Source of the DNA: Octopus sinensis
Lineage: Eukaryota
NCBI RefSeq assembly: GCF_006345805.1
Contig: NC_043005.1
Location: 108,624,001-108,688,000 of the forward strand
Direction: 5' to 3'
DNA: 64,000 nt
Made by a program: the position numbers and the translations under genes. The notes below the pieces were generated by a model. That model saw nothing but the letters and a program-made list of their open reading frames with translations. It was not told the origin of the DNA and made no database searches. Within the stretch, counting starts at the first letter, position 1. The number at the start of each line of letters is the position of its first letter. Positions 13,040 to 24,388 of the stretch are shown piece after piece.

Positions 13040-13195
13040 CCCCTTTTCTATTTTCTCTCCCTGTTCCTTTCTGTCGAAGAGCATAGGCTCGAAACATAAA
13101 AGACTTTCTCACTTCCTGAGCGTCAAACTAACACATCTTTTTGTTGTTTACACACCCATCTTTGTCTTTTGTATTCTTGTAAATTCTCACTATAT
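13040..13195 (+). mobile_element. PLE terminal-repeat fragment with hammerhead-like motif
   Basis: Homologous to 19830-19975, which follows a GIY-YIG C-terminus, and to 35225-35395 (minus). Confidence 0.6.
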
Positions 13196-13197
13196 AG

Positions 13198-13520
13198 AGG
13201 TGTGGGTGTGGCTGTGTAATAAGAAACTTGCTTCCCAGCCACATGGTTCCGAGTTCAGTCCCACTGCATGGTACCTTGGGCAATTGCCAACCAAAACCTT
13301 GTGAGTGGAGATGGCATATATATGTATATATTTGTGTTCATGTCTGTGTTTGTCCCCCTGCCATCGCTAGACAACCAATGCTGGTGTGTTTATGCCCCCA
13401 TAACTAAGTGGTTTGGCAAAAGAAACTAATAGAATAAGTACTAGTCTCACAAAGTATAAGTCCTGGGGTCACTTTCTTCAACTAACACCCTTTAAGGCAG
13501 TGCTCTAGCATGGCTACTCA
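13198..13520 (+). mobile_element. SINE family A, diverged
   Basis: Colinear similarity to 11370-11769. Confidence 0.8.
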
Positions 13521-14004
13521 TCAGGACTACCTATCTGTTAAGGGTAGCCCAGGTACATGCATCACAATCATAAGTGCATGACATGGTGATCTCATATCAA
13601 AATAAACAGCACATGGGGCCGGGCTAGAATTTTCTTCAGCTTGAGAAGCCCATCCTGCTGAAAAGGTCCCTGAATAAGGTTTGTTTAAGAATGATGGACA
13701 AAACACCCATGGTTCCAGAGGTGAATTATTCAAACCCCAAAGAGCTATGACCCTCTCCCATTATTCCTGCTTTTGATCATAGATGCACATATCGTCAACC
13801 ACTAAGGAGAAGCTCAACTCATTAAGGTCAAGCAGCTGACAACCAGCTCTGTGGTATTGAGCAGAATATTTGCTGTAGTCCATCTTTTATACCAAGCGAG
13901 CGGATAAATCTTTCGCCTTTTACCAAGACAAAACATGTACATAACGCTTTGAATCAGTTAAGATCAGAAGTGATGAGAGTCACGACCTGGTACTAAATCA
14001 ACAT

Positions 14005-14063
14005 TTACCATCATCATCATCATCATCATCATCAACATCATCATCATCATCATCATCATCATC

Positions 14064-14094
<31 letters not shown>

Positions 14095-14113
14095 CCATCA
14101 TCATCATCACCAA

Positions 14114-14157
<44 letters not shown>

Positions 14158-14215
14158 CCATCATCATCATCCTCATCATCCTCCTCCTCCTCCTCCTCAT
14201 CATCATCATCATCAT
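14005..14215. repeat. (ATC)n/(CTC)n microsatellite
   Basis: Direct inspection. Confidence 0.95.
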
Positions 14216-15456
14216 GTATGTATGTGTGAGTGTGGTTTCACTTGTAACAGTGGAATGTATGTAAATATTACATCCTGTTAAAGCTTGCTTGTATTTTGGA
14301 AAACATTTCTGAGACAAGAGAAAACATTGGTTAATTCAAGAAAATAAATAAATACATAAATAAAAACAGTGATAATATAGAAAGACAATATCATGGATCT
14401 TTTTTAAGAGAAGCACTTGAGGAGCTGCATGTTGGAGGACCTGAAGTGGGTATTGAAAGGGGAAAAAAAAACTGTAGATTCTGGCAACCTTTTTTTATTA
14501 ATGGCTATTATGAAAATAATAATAAGCTGAAGAAAAATATGTATACTTACATATTGAAAGCAGGAACATATGCACAATTTATGAATGCATGCATACATAT
14601 ATACATCTATTCATACACATACATATACATATGCACGTGTGTGTGTGTGGGTAGATATAAACATATTTCCCTACTTAAAGCATCCATACATGGGAATATA
14701 TGCAGCTTTCTGTATATGTATATATGTATAAAATATATGAGTATTTTATATATAGTAACACACATAATACATAAATATTACCATTTTTTTAACCTCTCCT
14801 ACATGACATCCATTTCCTGATCTAACATTGATGTGTATAAAATATAGATGCATGTGTAAAAACATTTCGCATATATAAACGTTTTTATAATTTAGTCACC
14901 CTAAAAAATACCATCACTTACATCAAAATAGGTTTCCATGTATTTTTTGGTCAAAGGTAAGGGTGTAATTTATAAAACTTAACTTACTACTTTATTTTAT
15001 TGACCCCCCCCCCCAAAAAAAAAATGGATATCAAAGACTGAAAAGAGGAATATCAAAGTCAAATATCACCTGGATTTGAAACCAGAATTTCAATGTTTAT
15101 ATCTAAAGGATTTTGATAAAATTCCTTGGTCTATAAAACCACCACATTTTCCAAAAAAGAAATAATTTTTACTCTGCCTTTATCTTAAATTATCACATGG
15201 TGGACCTCTTTTACTCTTTTACTTGTTTCAGTCATTTGACTGTGGCCATGCTGGAGCACCGCCTTTAGTCGAGCAAATCGACCCCAGGACTTATTCTTTG
15301 GAAATCTAGTACTTATTCTATCGGTCTCTTTTCCCGAACGCCTAAGTTATGGGAACGTAAACACACCCAGCATCGGTTGACAAGCAATTTTGGAGGGAAC
15401 AAACACAGACACACAAACATATACACACACATACATATATCTCTCTCTCTCTCTCT

Positions 15457-15515
<59 letters not shown>

Positions 15516-15522
<7 letters not shown>

Positions 15523-16230
15523 TAGCAATTAGGACAACTACTTAATAAGGAAAACTTAACAAGAAATTGTCAGGTAGATAGCGTAAAACCTCATAAGAGA
15601 AAAAATTTCGAAAATAATTATTTCTTATTGAACATATTAATTTATATATAGAGGGCATTATACATACATGCCAGAAGGCATTATACATACATGCCAAACG
15701 CTAAGAGGGACAATCAGTCATTTCTACCAAAAATATTACTAATCCCACCGAATGCAATTTTTCAAATTAAGACATTTAAAAATATAGACCTGTATCACAG
15801 TGATTTCATACTTACGTAATCAATCAGCAGGCCTGAATGTATTATAAATAAACAACGACCCTGCCCCGCTTAAGCCGATCAGCTAACTGATCAACATCAA
15901 CGAAGCACATGGGTGAGTTTACATATATTACATCCGGATAAATGGCAAAACTTTTACGAATTGCATTTCAGGAGAGGAAAATTGCATTTCGTTGATGTTG
16001 ATCAGTTAGCTGATCGGCTTAAGCGGGCAGGGTTTGTTTATTATAATACATTCAGGCCTGCTGATGATTACGTAAGTATGAAATCACTGTGATACAGGTA
16101 TATTTTTAAATGTCTTAATTTGAAAAATTGCATTCGGTGGGATTAGTAATATTTTGGTAGAAATGACTGATTGTCCCTCTTAGCGTTTGGCATGTATGTA
16201 TAATGCCTTCTGGCATGTATGTATAATGCC
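15516..16230. mobile_element. HHR-bearing PLE/retrozyme-like element, inverted arrangement
   Basis: 15516-15980 is nearly identical to the 43751 unit. 15988-16230 is an inverted copy of ~15655-15904. Confidence 0.85.
16055..16100 (+). ncRNA. Minimal type I hammerhead ribozyme (weakened stem II)
   Basis: GGCCTG-CTGATGA-TTAC GTAA GTAT-GAAA-TCAC T GTGA-TA-CAGGTA. There is a U.U mismatch at the base of stem II. The inverted partner (15787-15833, minus) has a 1-nt insertion in the core. Confidence 0.65.
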
Positions 16231-16240
16231 ACTTCTATAA

Positions 16241-16286
<46 letters not shown>

Positions 16287-17094
16287 GATGGGCTTCTTTC
16301 AGTTTCCGGCTACCAAATCCACTCACAAGGCTTTGGTCGGCCCGAGGCTATAGTGGAAGACACTTGCCCAAGGTGCCATGCAGTGGGAATGAACCCAGAA
16401 CCATGTGGTTGGTAAGCAAGCTACTTACCACACAGCCACTCCTGCGCCTGATGATGATTAATAGAATGTATTTAGAAAACTTCAACCTCGTAGTTATCAG
16501 ACATTCTACAAGATTAGAAGAATCTTAGGCTTCAATTCACTGATTAAAAATAAAATGTTTGTTAATTTTCTGTTACAATCTTAGGTGTCTTACCAAGAGA
16601 ACATATCTATAACTAAGTAGTCTGAGATATCTTAGACATGGACTCAGTGTAGTTTTGTTCACAGAATGGCAATACTCAAAGATGAGATCTGTAACATGTC
16701 TCAAAGAATGAGAGAAACAATGGAAAACAAGATAAGTAACATTGTCACATAGTTAATAATAAAACAGATATCAGAAAGAAGGACACTCTACAGAATAGGG
16801 CAGTAATTGTTGCAACAGAATTTTATATCTTGGACATAATGTTACCCAAGGTTTTGCATTCACAAAGCGAAAGCCTTGTGGACAGCTCATCAAACTCCAC
16901 ATAAAGGAAACACTCAGCTCAGAAACCGAGAAAAACATCTTCACAAAAAAGTTAATGAGGATGGATTAACTCCCCTGAAGCAGAGAAAAAATAAAAGAAC
17001 TCTTATAGACCCTAAGTGGCCTAACCAGGAAAAGGGGAGATCCAATTTTCCAGTGAGTAGTGCTTGAAGTGGACACATTTAGAGAACACCTCTT

Positions 17095-17158
17095 TATAAC
17101 TATCTATCTATCTATCTATTTGTCTATCTATCTATCTATCTATCTATTTGTCTATCTA

Positions 17159-17193
<35 letters not shown>

Positions 17194-17200
17194 TTGTCTA

Positions 17201-17281
<81 letters not shown>

Positions 17282-17315
17282 GTCTATCTATCTCTCTCTC
17301 TATATATATATATAT
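17095..17315. repeat. (TATC)n microsatellite
   Basis: Direct inspection. Confidence 0.95.
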
Positions 17316-17609
17316 GTATAAAATTCCATGAGCCAGGAAAAACAGGCACTTCATATACTAATTAATAGAGTAGGCATATTATCATTAATAAAATACAATA
17401 TCATCTTCTTGTATGAGTCATGTTGCAAACTAGTTTCATGCAAAAGTTAAGATAACCATAACAAGCATGATAAAAAATGAAAGGAATTGTATGGCATGTT
17501 TCTTTGTCACTGGAGGTCTGAATGTGTCACATCAATTCTGGAAGTCTTACAGTGGTTTTAAGACAGAGGATGATGGGTATCTTGAGCAAGACGTTGGGCA
17601 ATATACATA

Positions 17610-17962
17610 CATCATCATCATTATCCTCATCGTTTAACTTCCGCTTTCAATGCTGGCATGGGTTGGACGATTTTGACTGAGGGCTGGTGAACTGGATGGC
17701 CGCACCAGGCTCCAATTTTGATCTGGCAGAGTTTCTACAGCTGGATGCCCTTCTTAACACCAACCACTCCGGGAGTGTAGTGGGTGCTTTTTACGTGCCA
17801 TCGGCATGTGGGCCAGTCAGGCGGTACTGGCAATGACCTCACTCGAATCTTTTTACACATGCCACCGGCACAGGTGCCAGTAAGGCGATGCTGGTAATGA
17901 TCATGCTCAAATGGTGTCTTTTACGTGCCACTGGCAAGTAGGCCAGATAGCCGCTCTGGCAA
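17610..17962 (-). mobile_element. RTE LINE 3'-end fragment
   Basis: Reverse complement of the 2112-2418 family, with a (CAT)n tail. Confidence 0.7.
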
Positions 17963-18289
17963 CTATTTTTATTTATTTAAAATGTTTTTGCATTTTTATT
18001 TCTTTTTTTCCTTTTTTATTTTTTTTAAATAAAAATGAAAAATAAAAAGTTAGACATAAATGGAAATTTTACTGGTGAGTGTGTTAAATTATAAGGCACA
18101 AAAAGAAAATGACTCTCCCCAGAGACAACAGAATATTTCACATAATCATACAACTATGCTTCTGTCACAAACAAGGTTTCTATTTTCTGTTGGTTTGTCA
18201 ATAATTCCATTACATCTTTTGTGCTTTCACAACTTACTTTGGATTCTTCATGTGAAGTTTATACTTCTTTTTAGCATATTTTTTCCTCG

Positions 18290-18665
18290 TTTCACTCATT
18301 TCATTGTGGCCATGCTGGGGCACCACTTTGAAGAATTTTTAGTTGAATGAATCAACCCCAGAGCTTATATTTTAAAGCCGGGTACTTACTCTATCTGTTT
18401 CTTTTGCCAAACTGCTAAGTTACAGGGACATCACCACACCAACACCAGTTGTCAAGTGGTGGTGGGGGACAAACATAGACACACGCAAATACAAAGACTC
18501 ACACACACACATATACATATAATGAACTTCTTTTTGTTTTTATTGACCAGATCCACTCACAGGGTTTTAGTTGACCCGTGGCTATATGAGAAGACCCTTG
18601 CAGAAGGTGCTATACAGTGGGACTGAACCCAGAATTATGCAGTTTAGAAGCAAACTTCTTACAAA
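18290..18665 (-). mobile_element. SINE family A, diverged
   Basis: Colinear reverse-complement similarity to 11370-11769. Confidence 0.75.
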
Positions 18666-18699
18666 ACTGTTACATCTGCACCAAGCAAACAACTTTTCT

Positions 18700-18900
18700 C
18701 TGATGATACTTAGGTTCTGCTAAGTTTACCTTATGAGCTCTTAATTCTAGATTTAGCTTTTTTGTCTGGAATTCCCTCTCCATTTCCCCTGTTCCTTCAG
18801 CTATAAGTCTTTGATTATCAGCATATAGGAATTCTAGATGACAGCCAATCAGTCTCTTTGTTTTGACATTATACAGGCATTGTAGACAAGAGACCCCATC
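18700..18900 (-). mobile_element. RTE LINE reverse-transcriptase fragment
   Basis: LEFLYADNQRLIAEGTGEMEREFQTKKLNLELRAHKVNLAEPKY matches the non-LTR RT LYADD...L.VNxxKTK region. Confidence 0.75.
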
Positions 18901-19179
18901 ATGTAAGCAGTGCCGATCATTTTCGATCTTCCATCTATGAGCAAATATTACATTGTTTGGAATCAGTGTCAGTTGCTGATAGGAAGAGAATCTGTGCCTA
19001 GAAAATCTGCCACAACAAACTCTGTTTGACCCATGCAAGCAGAGAAAAGAAGACTTTAAAATGTGAGGACAATGGTTCTCCATAGGTGTAGGAAGACATC
19101 CTTCTTCCTGGTTCTGAATGATCTCAGAATCCATCCAGCTACTCACCTGAAAATTGTTGTCATTCATTACAATACTTTG

Positions 19180-19975
19180 CACAGGAGCCATTCAGACACC
19201 CGCCTTCGCCGTGAACAGGAATTAATCTTCTCTCTTTGCTCCTTTGCATCACATGGGCTCAACTCCCCTTCCTTCTTCATCTGACTCCCCTCCTCTCCTC
19301 TCTTCATCTAACACCTACTATCTCTCTTCACTCCTGCCTACCTCTCCTCTCCTCTCTTGCCCTGACACCTACTTCCTCTCTTCACTCCTACCCACCTTCT
19401 CCCTTCATTGACACCTTCTATTCAAATCCCACCCTCACACATCCCACATACCCCACCCCTAACCCTATATCCTTACCCCCATCCCACCCCACCCTCACTT
19501 CCTCACACCCAAAACCGCCACACCACACACTAAAACACCACACCCCCACACCACATCACACCATCCCCCACACACTAGCACTGACCACTCTCCAGCACTC
19601 ACACCATCATCCACACAACCACACATTAAACAGGCAAACATACATATATCAATGTCACCAGCCTCTATTCACATGCATGAACTTACACACTCTCACATAT
19701 ACACCCACGTGTACCTTTGTTTTGGGATCACCAATACTTTATTATCTCCCCTTCTTCCTAGCTCTCCTGTCTAACTATCTTTGTCCAGCTAGTTGCTATG
19801 ACTAACGGCTAACTCCAAAAGTTTTTTTATTCTCTCTCTGTTTATTTCCTCGTGTTCTTTTCTGTTGAGGAGCATAAGCTCAAAATGTAAAGGATTTTCT
19901 CCCCTTCCCAAATGTCAACACCTGCTTGTGGTTTATACACCTTTTTTTTTCTTTTGTTTTTTGTAAATTTCAACA
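19180..19975 (+). mobile_element. Penelope-like element 3' remnant (GIY-YIG endonuclease C-terminus, spacer, terminal repeat)
   Basis: HRSHSDTRLRREQELIFSLCSFASHGLN* (ends 19284) fits the PLE endonuclease C-terminal R..E...I..L....P.GLN motif. It is followed by a C/T-rich spacer and a terminal repeat abutting (TA)n. Confidence 0.75.
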
Positions 19976-20021
19976 ATATATATGTACATATACACACATG
20001 TATATAAGTATATATATGTGG

Positions 20022-20238
20022 AAGGTGGCGAGCTGGCAGAACCGTTAGCACGCTGGGCGAAATGCGTAGTCATTACGTTCTGAGTTCAAATTCCGCTGAG
20101 GTCGACTTTGCCTTTCATCCTTTTGGAGTCGATAAATTAAGTACCAGTTATGCACTGGGGTCGATGTAATCGACTTAGTTCATTTGTTTGTCCTTGTTTG
20201 ACCCCTCTATGTTTAGCCCCTTTTGGGTAATGAAGAAA
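20022..20238 (+). mobile_element. SINE family B
   Basis: Homologous to 10752-10972. Confidence 0.85.
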
Positions 20239-20264
20239 CATATAAGTATATATGTGTGTGTGTG

Positions 20265-20310
<46 letters not shown>

Positions 20311-20951
20311 TATATATATACTATATATATTATATATATATATATATACTATATATATTATATATTATATATGTACATACATACATATATATATATATTC
20401 TCTCTCTCTCTCACACACAGGCACACACACACACACACAAGTACAGTTAGATTGATAAATAGATAGATAGATAGATAGATAGATTGATAGATCCACATAC
20501 ACACTTATATGTAATTATGTAATTGTTTGTATGTGAATATAAATGTGTGTGTGTGTGTGGTTGTATTTGCATGTATGTATCTGTATGTGCATATATGTAT
20601 ATATACTCACATGTTTATTTTTTAACCACTTAGGTATTTATCTGTATTATATTCCTATGACATCATCGATAAGTATCAGTAAAGTTGATATATACCATGA
20701 TATCTCATTAATATTTCATAATGAATGTGTTAAATACATGTGTATTGATTTGTAGCAAACAGTTTTTCATGGCTTTATACTGATTCACATTTACCATGTG
20801 TATATATATATATATATAATATACATACATGCATATGTACATTTATGCACATACAAATGCATACAGCTTCATACACGTATATATTTTTCTATATCCAAAA
20901 CTAATACAGATACAAATACACACAGACTCACACACACAAACATACACAAAC

Positions 20952-21006
<55 letters not shown>

Positions 21007-21149
21007 CACATATATATATCATAGCAAAACCGATACCGAAAGGAGACCCCAAAACATTGAACAGCAGTGCTCCAGCAGGGTCTCAGCTCCTGGCTGAAAT
21101 CAGTAGAAGACAACTTCCCCATTGTAATTTTATTCCACTCTAGGCACAA

Positions 21150-21342
21150 GGGCCGAAATTTTGGGGGAGGTACCAGTTGATTAGATTGACCCCAGCATGC
21201 AACTGGTACTTAATTTATTGACTCTGAGAGGGATGAAAGCCAAAGTTGACCTCGGCAGAATTTGAACTCAGAGCATTAAAACAGACGAAATACCACTAAG
21301 AATTTCGTCTGGCATGCTAATGTTCTGTCAACTTCCCACCTT
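21150..21342 (-). mobile_element. SINE family B variant
   Basis: Reverse complement of the family-B head and central domain. Confidence 0.7.
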
Positions 21343-21378
21343 AACTTCCCCACTGCAATTGAGTGGCATTAGATTGGC

Positions 21379-21434
<56 letters not shown>

Positions 21435-21518
21435 GTATCTATCTATCTATCTATCTATTTATCTTTCTATTTATCATCTAACTATCTATCTGTCTGTATA
21501 TATGTCTGTCTGTCTATA

Positions 21519-21700
21519 ATCATCATCATCATCATGTAACATCCATTTCCCATGCTGGCATGGGTTGGACGGTTTGAACAGGATTGGAAAGCTGGAAGAC
21601 TGCACCAGACTCCAGTCTCATTTGGCATGGCTTCTATGGCTGGATGCTCTTCCTAATGCCAACCACTCCGAGAGTGTAACGGGTGCTTTTACATGCCACC
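21519..21700 (-). mobile_element. RTE LINE 3'-end fragment
   Basis: Homologous to 17610-17800. Confidence 0.7.
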
Positions 21701-21716
21701 GGTGGGTGTATGTATT

Positions 21717-22096
21717 TCTTTTACTTGTTTCAGTCATTTGACTGCGGCCATGCTGGAGCACCGCCTTTAGTCGAGCAAATCGACCCCGGGACTTATTCTT
21801 TGTAAGCCCAGTACTTATTCTCTTTTACCGAACCGCTAAGTAACGGGGACGTAAACACACCAGCATCGGTTGTCAAGCAATGCTAGGGGGACAAACACAG
21901 ACACATACACACATACATATATATATATACATATATACGACAGGCTTCTTTCAGTTTACGTCTACCAAATCCACTCACAAGGCATTGGTCGGCCTGGGGC
22001 TATAGCAGAAGACACTTGCCCAAGGTGCCACGCATTGGGACTGAACCCGGAACCATGTGGTTGGTTAGCAAGCTACTTACCACACAGCCACTCCTG
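21717..22096 (-). mobile_element. SINE family A, near full length
   Basis: High similarity to 11370-11769 on the reverse strand. Confidence 0.9.
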
Positions 22097-22380
22097 TGTA
22101 TGTATTTATACTTTTATATCAAATAAATTCTTCATTTATTAAAATCATCTCCACCTCTAGAGTATGTATCACAATCACAAAATAGCAATTATAACTCTCT
22201 CCATATGAGAAAGGGAGATAATTACAAGAATAAAGAATTCTCAAAAGTTGACAAAAATCAAAGTTTTCTGTTGTATGACATTAAACCTGTATTTGTTTAT
22301 ATTGTTCATATACATGCCACTGGCCATACTGAGTTGTTCCTCTTAGCTCTAATTGTTGATTAAAAAAAGTGTGGGCATGG

Positions 22381-22621
22381 CTAATTAATTAGTTAGTTAG
22401 TTAGTTAATTTTTGGCTCAAAAAGCAAAAAGCAAGGCCATGTAGGGGGACATGGGTTATGTACAGGGGGTGTTCATGTAAAACAGTTCAGGGCCACTGGT
22501 GTCAAGGGAGACTTTGAACCAAGCGGTTCGTCGGCATCTTTACCATCTCGTCCGGCAGCTTATTCCTCGGATCCGCAACCCGGATGGAGAAAGCCCCTCT
22601 CCTTCGATTGAGATGAAATCG
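22381..22621 (-). mobile_element. CR1/L2-group LINE 3' end, 5'-truncated
   Basis: Minus translation RFHLNRRRGAFSIRVADPRNKLPDEMVKMP...FKVSLD (cf. RRxFFSxRVVxxWNxLP...FKxxLD), with a (TAAC)n tail. Confidence 0.75.
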
Positions 22622-22630
22622 AAGGAGAGG

Positions 22631-22980
22631 GGCTGTGTGATAAGAAGTTTCCTCTCCAGCTACATGGTTCCAGGTTCAGTCCCACTGCATCGCACCTTGT
22701 GCAAATGTCTTCTAGTATACGTCCAGGTTAACAAAAGTCTTGTAAGAGGATTGAGTGAATGGAAGCTAAATGATATGTGTATATGTCTATGCTTATGTGT
22801 CTGTGTTTGGGTTTATGCCCTAAGTAGTGTTGGTTTGTTTACGTCCTTGTAATGTATCAGTTCAGGAAAAGCGGGCCATAGAATAAGTACCAGGTTTAAA
22901 AAAACAGTACTGGAGTAGATTTGTGCTCCAGTATGGCTGTAGTTCAATGGCTGACAAGTAAAAAAGAAACAAAAATGACT
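22631..22980 (+). mobile_element. SINE family A, diverged, with its head interrupted by the CR1 insertion
   Basis: GGGCATGGCT at ~22373-22382 continues as GGCTGTGTGATAAG at 22631. Confidence 0.7.
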
Positions 22981-23545
22981 CACACACACATAGAGAGAGA
23001 CAGATAAATAACTCGAGGATATTGTAGAAGACACTTGCTCAGTGTGCCTTACAATGGAAGTGAACCCGAAACCATGTGATTGGGAAGCAAGCTTCTTACC
23101 ACACAGCACATGTATACACACATATATACGTATATTAGAAGGTAAGTGTATTTATTAAAGTTGAAAGGGAAAGAGTGAGAGAGAAAGGGATGGGGAATAA
23201 ATGAGAGGAGTTCAAGGAGAGAGAGAGTCATAGAATAAAGAGAGAAATTAATACAGGAGAAGAAAATGAAAGAAGAAAGAGAATGGAGTTAAATGGATGA
23301 TATATATGAATAGAGAAGGGAGAGACACGAGGGAGGAAGGTATACAGCAGGAAAGAGAAGAAGAGTTGAGGGAGAAGGAGAAAGAGAAAGAGAAAGATGG
23401 AGATGTAGAGAGTGTGAGTGAAAAAAAGAGTAACTAATGCATCTCTATAGGGAGATATTCATATCTGATCATACAAAACACACATATATATATTATATAT
23501 CCGTTTATTTATTCTAAATAATAGGTATATAGATAAATAGGCAAA

Positions 23546-23579
<34 letters not shown>

Positions 23580-23644
23580 AATAATAGATAAATAATAGAC
23601 AGACAGTAGATAGATAGATAGATAGATAGATAGCTAGATAGATA

Positions 23645-23683
<39 letters not shown>

Positions 23684-23700
23684 AATACATAGATAAATAG

Positions 23701-23800
23701 NNNNNNNNNNNNNNNNNNNNNNNNNNNNNNNNNNNNNNNNNNNNNNNNNNNNNNNNNNNNNNNNNNNNNNNNNNNNNNNNNNNNNNNNNNNNNNNNNNNN
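23701..23800. other. Assembly gap (100 N)
   Basis: Run of n. Confidence 1.
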
Positions 23801-24130
23801 TTTATATCGTAGTATATTATATTTGTAATATATTATATTTATATTTCTAATATATTATATTTGCATTGTATTGTATTTAGATTACATTTTGTTTCACTGA
23901 CAGTCTTCAATCTTCTGTTTGTTTGTATAAGATGTTTGGGTTATGCACATGTATGTGTGTGTTACACATGTGTATTTATGCAAGTGTGCATGTGTGCACG
24001 TATGGGTATATACATGCATGCATATGTGTATGTATGTGTGTATGTGTGTGCATGTGTGCATACTTGTATAGATAAGACGAACTTCACTAGGGAAGATTTT
24101 TCCAGGGCTGTGTGTCCTTCTTCTTATGTA

Positions 24131-24388
24131 AAGTAAAAGTAAAGTTATGTTCTTGAGTTTTACTGACTCATAAGGGCCGGTTTCCCAGTTTCATGGCATA
24201 TATATTCCCCAGCTGGATGGACACCGGTCTATCATGGGACTACTCATTTTTATCAGCTCAGTGGACTGGAGCAATGTGAGATGAAGCGTTTTGCTCAAAA
24301 ATATAACACATCGCCCAGTCCAGAAATCGAAACCACAATCTTATGAACATGAGTCCAACACCCAAACCACTAATCCATGTGCCTCCAC
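24131..24388 (-). mobile_element. tRNA-derived SINE (family C-related)
   Basis: Minus head TGGAGGCACATGGATTAGTGGTT...GGTTTCGATT. The 3' part is shared with 37421-37722 (GGAAACCGGCCCTTATGAG). (TTTTAC)n tail. Confidence 0.7.

Larger units (their letters stand above)
15206..16448 (-). mobile_element. SINE family A split by a nested insertion
   Basis: The 3' half lies at 15206-15440 and the 5' half at 16286-16448, with the fold-back element 15516-16230 inserted in the internal (TA)n. Confidence 0.85.

Noticed and set aside
15655-15697. CRISPR-like repeat (GGCATTATACATACATGCCA x2)
   Set aside because: Only two adjacent copies with no spacers, inside a eukaryotic repeat.
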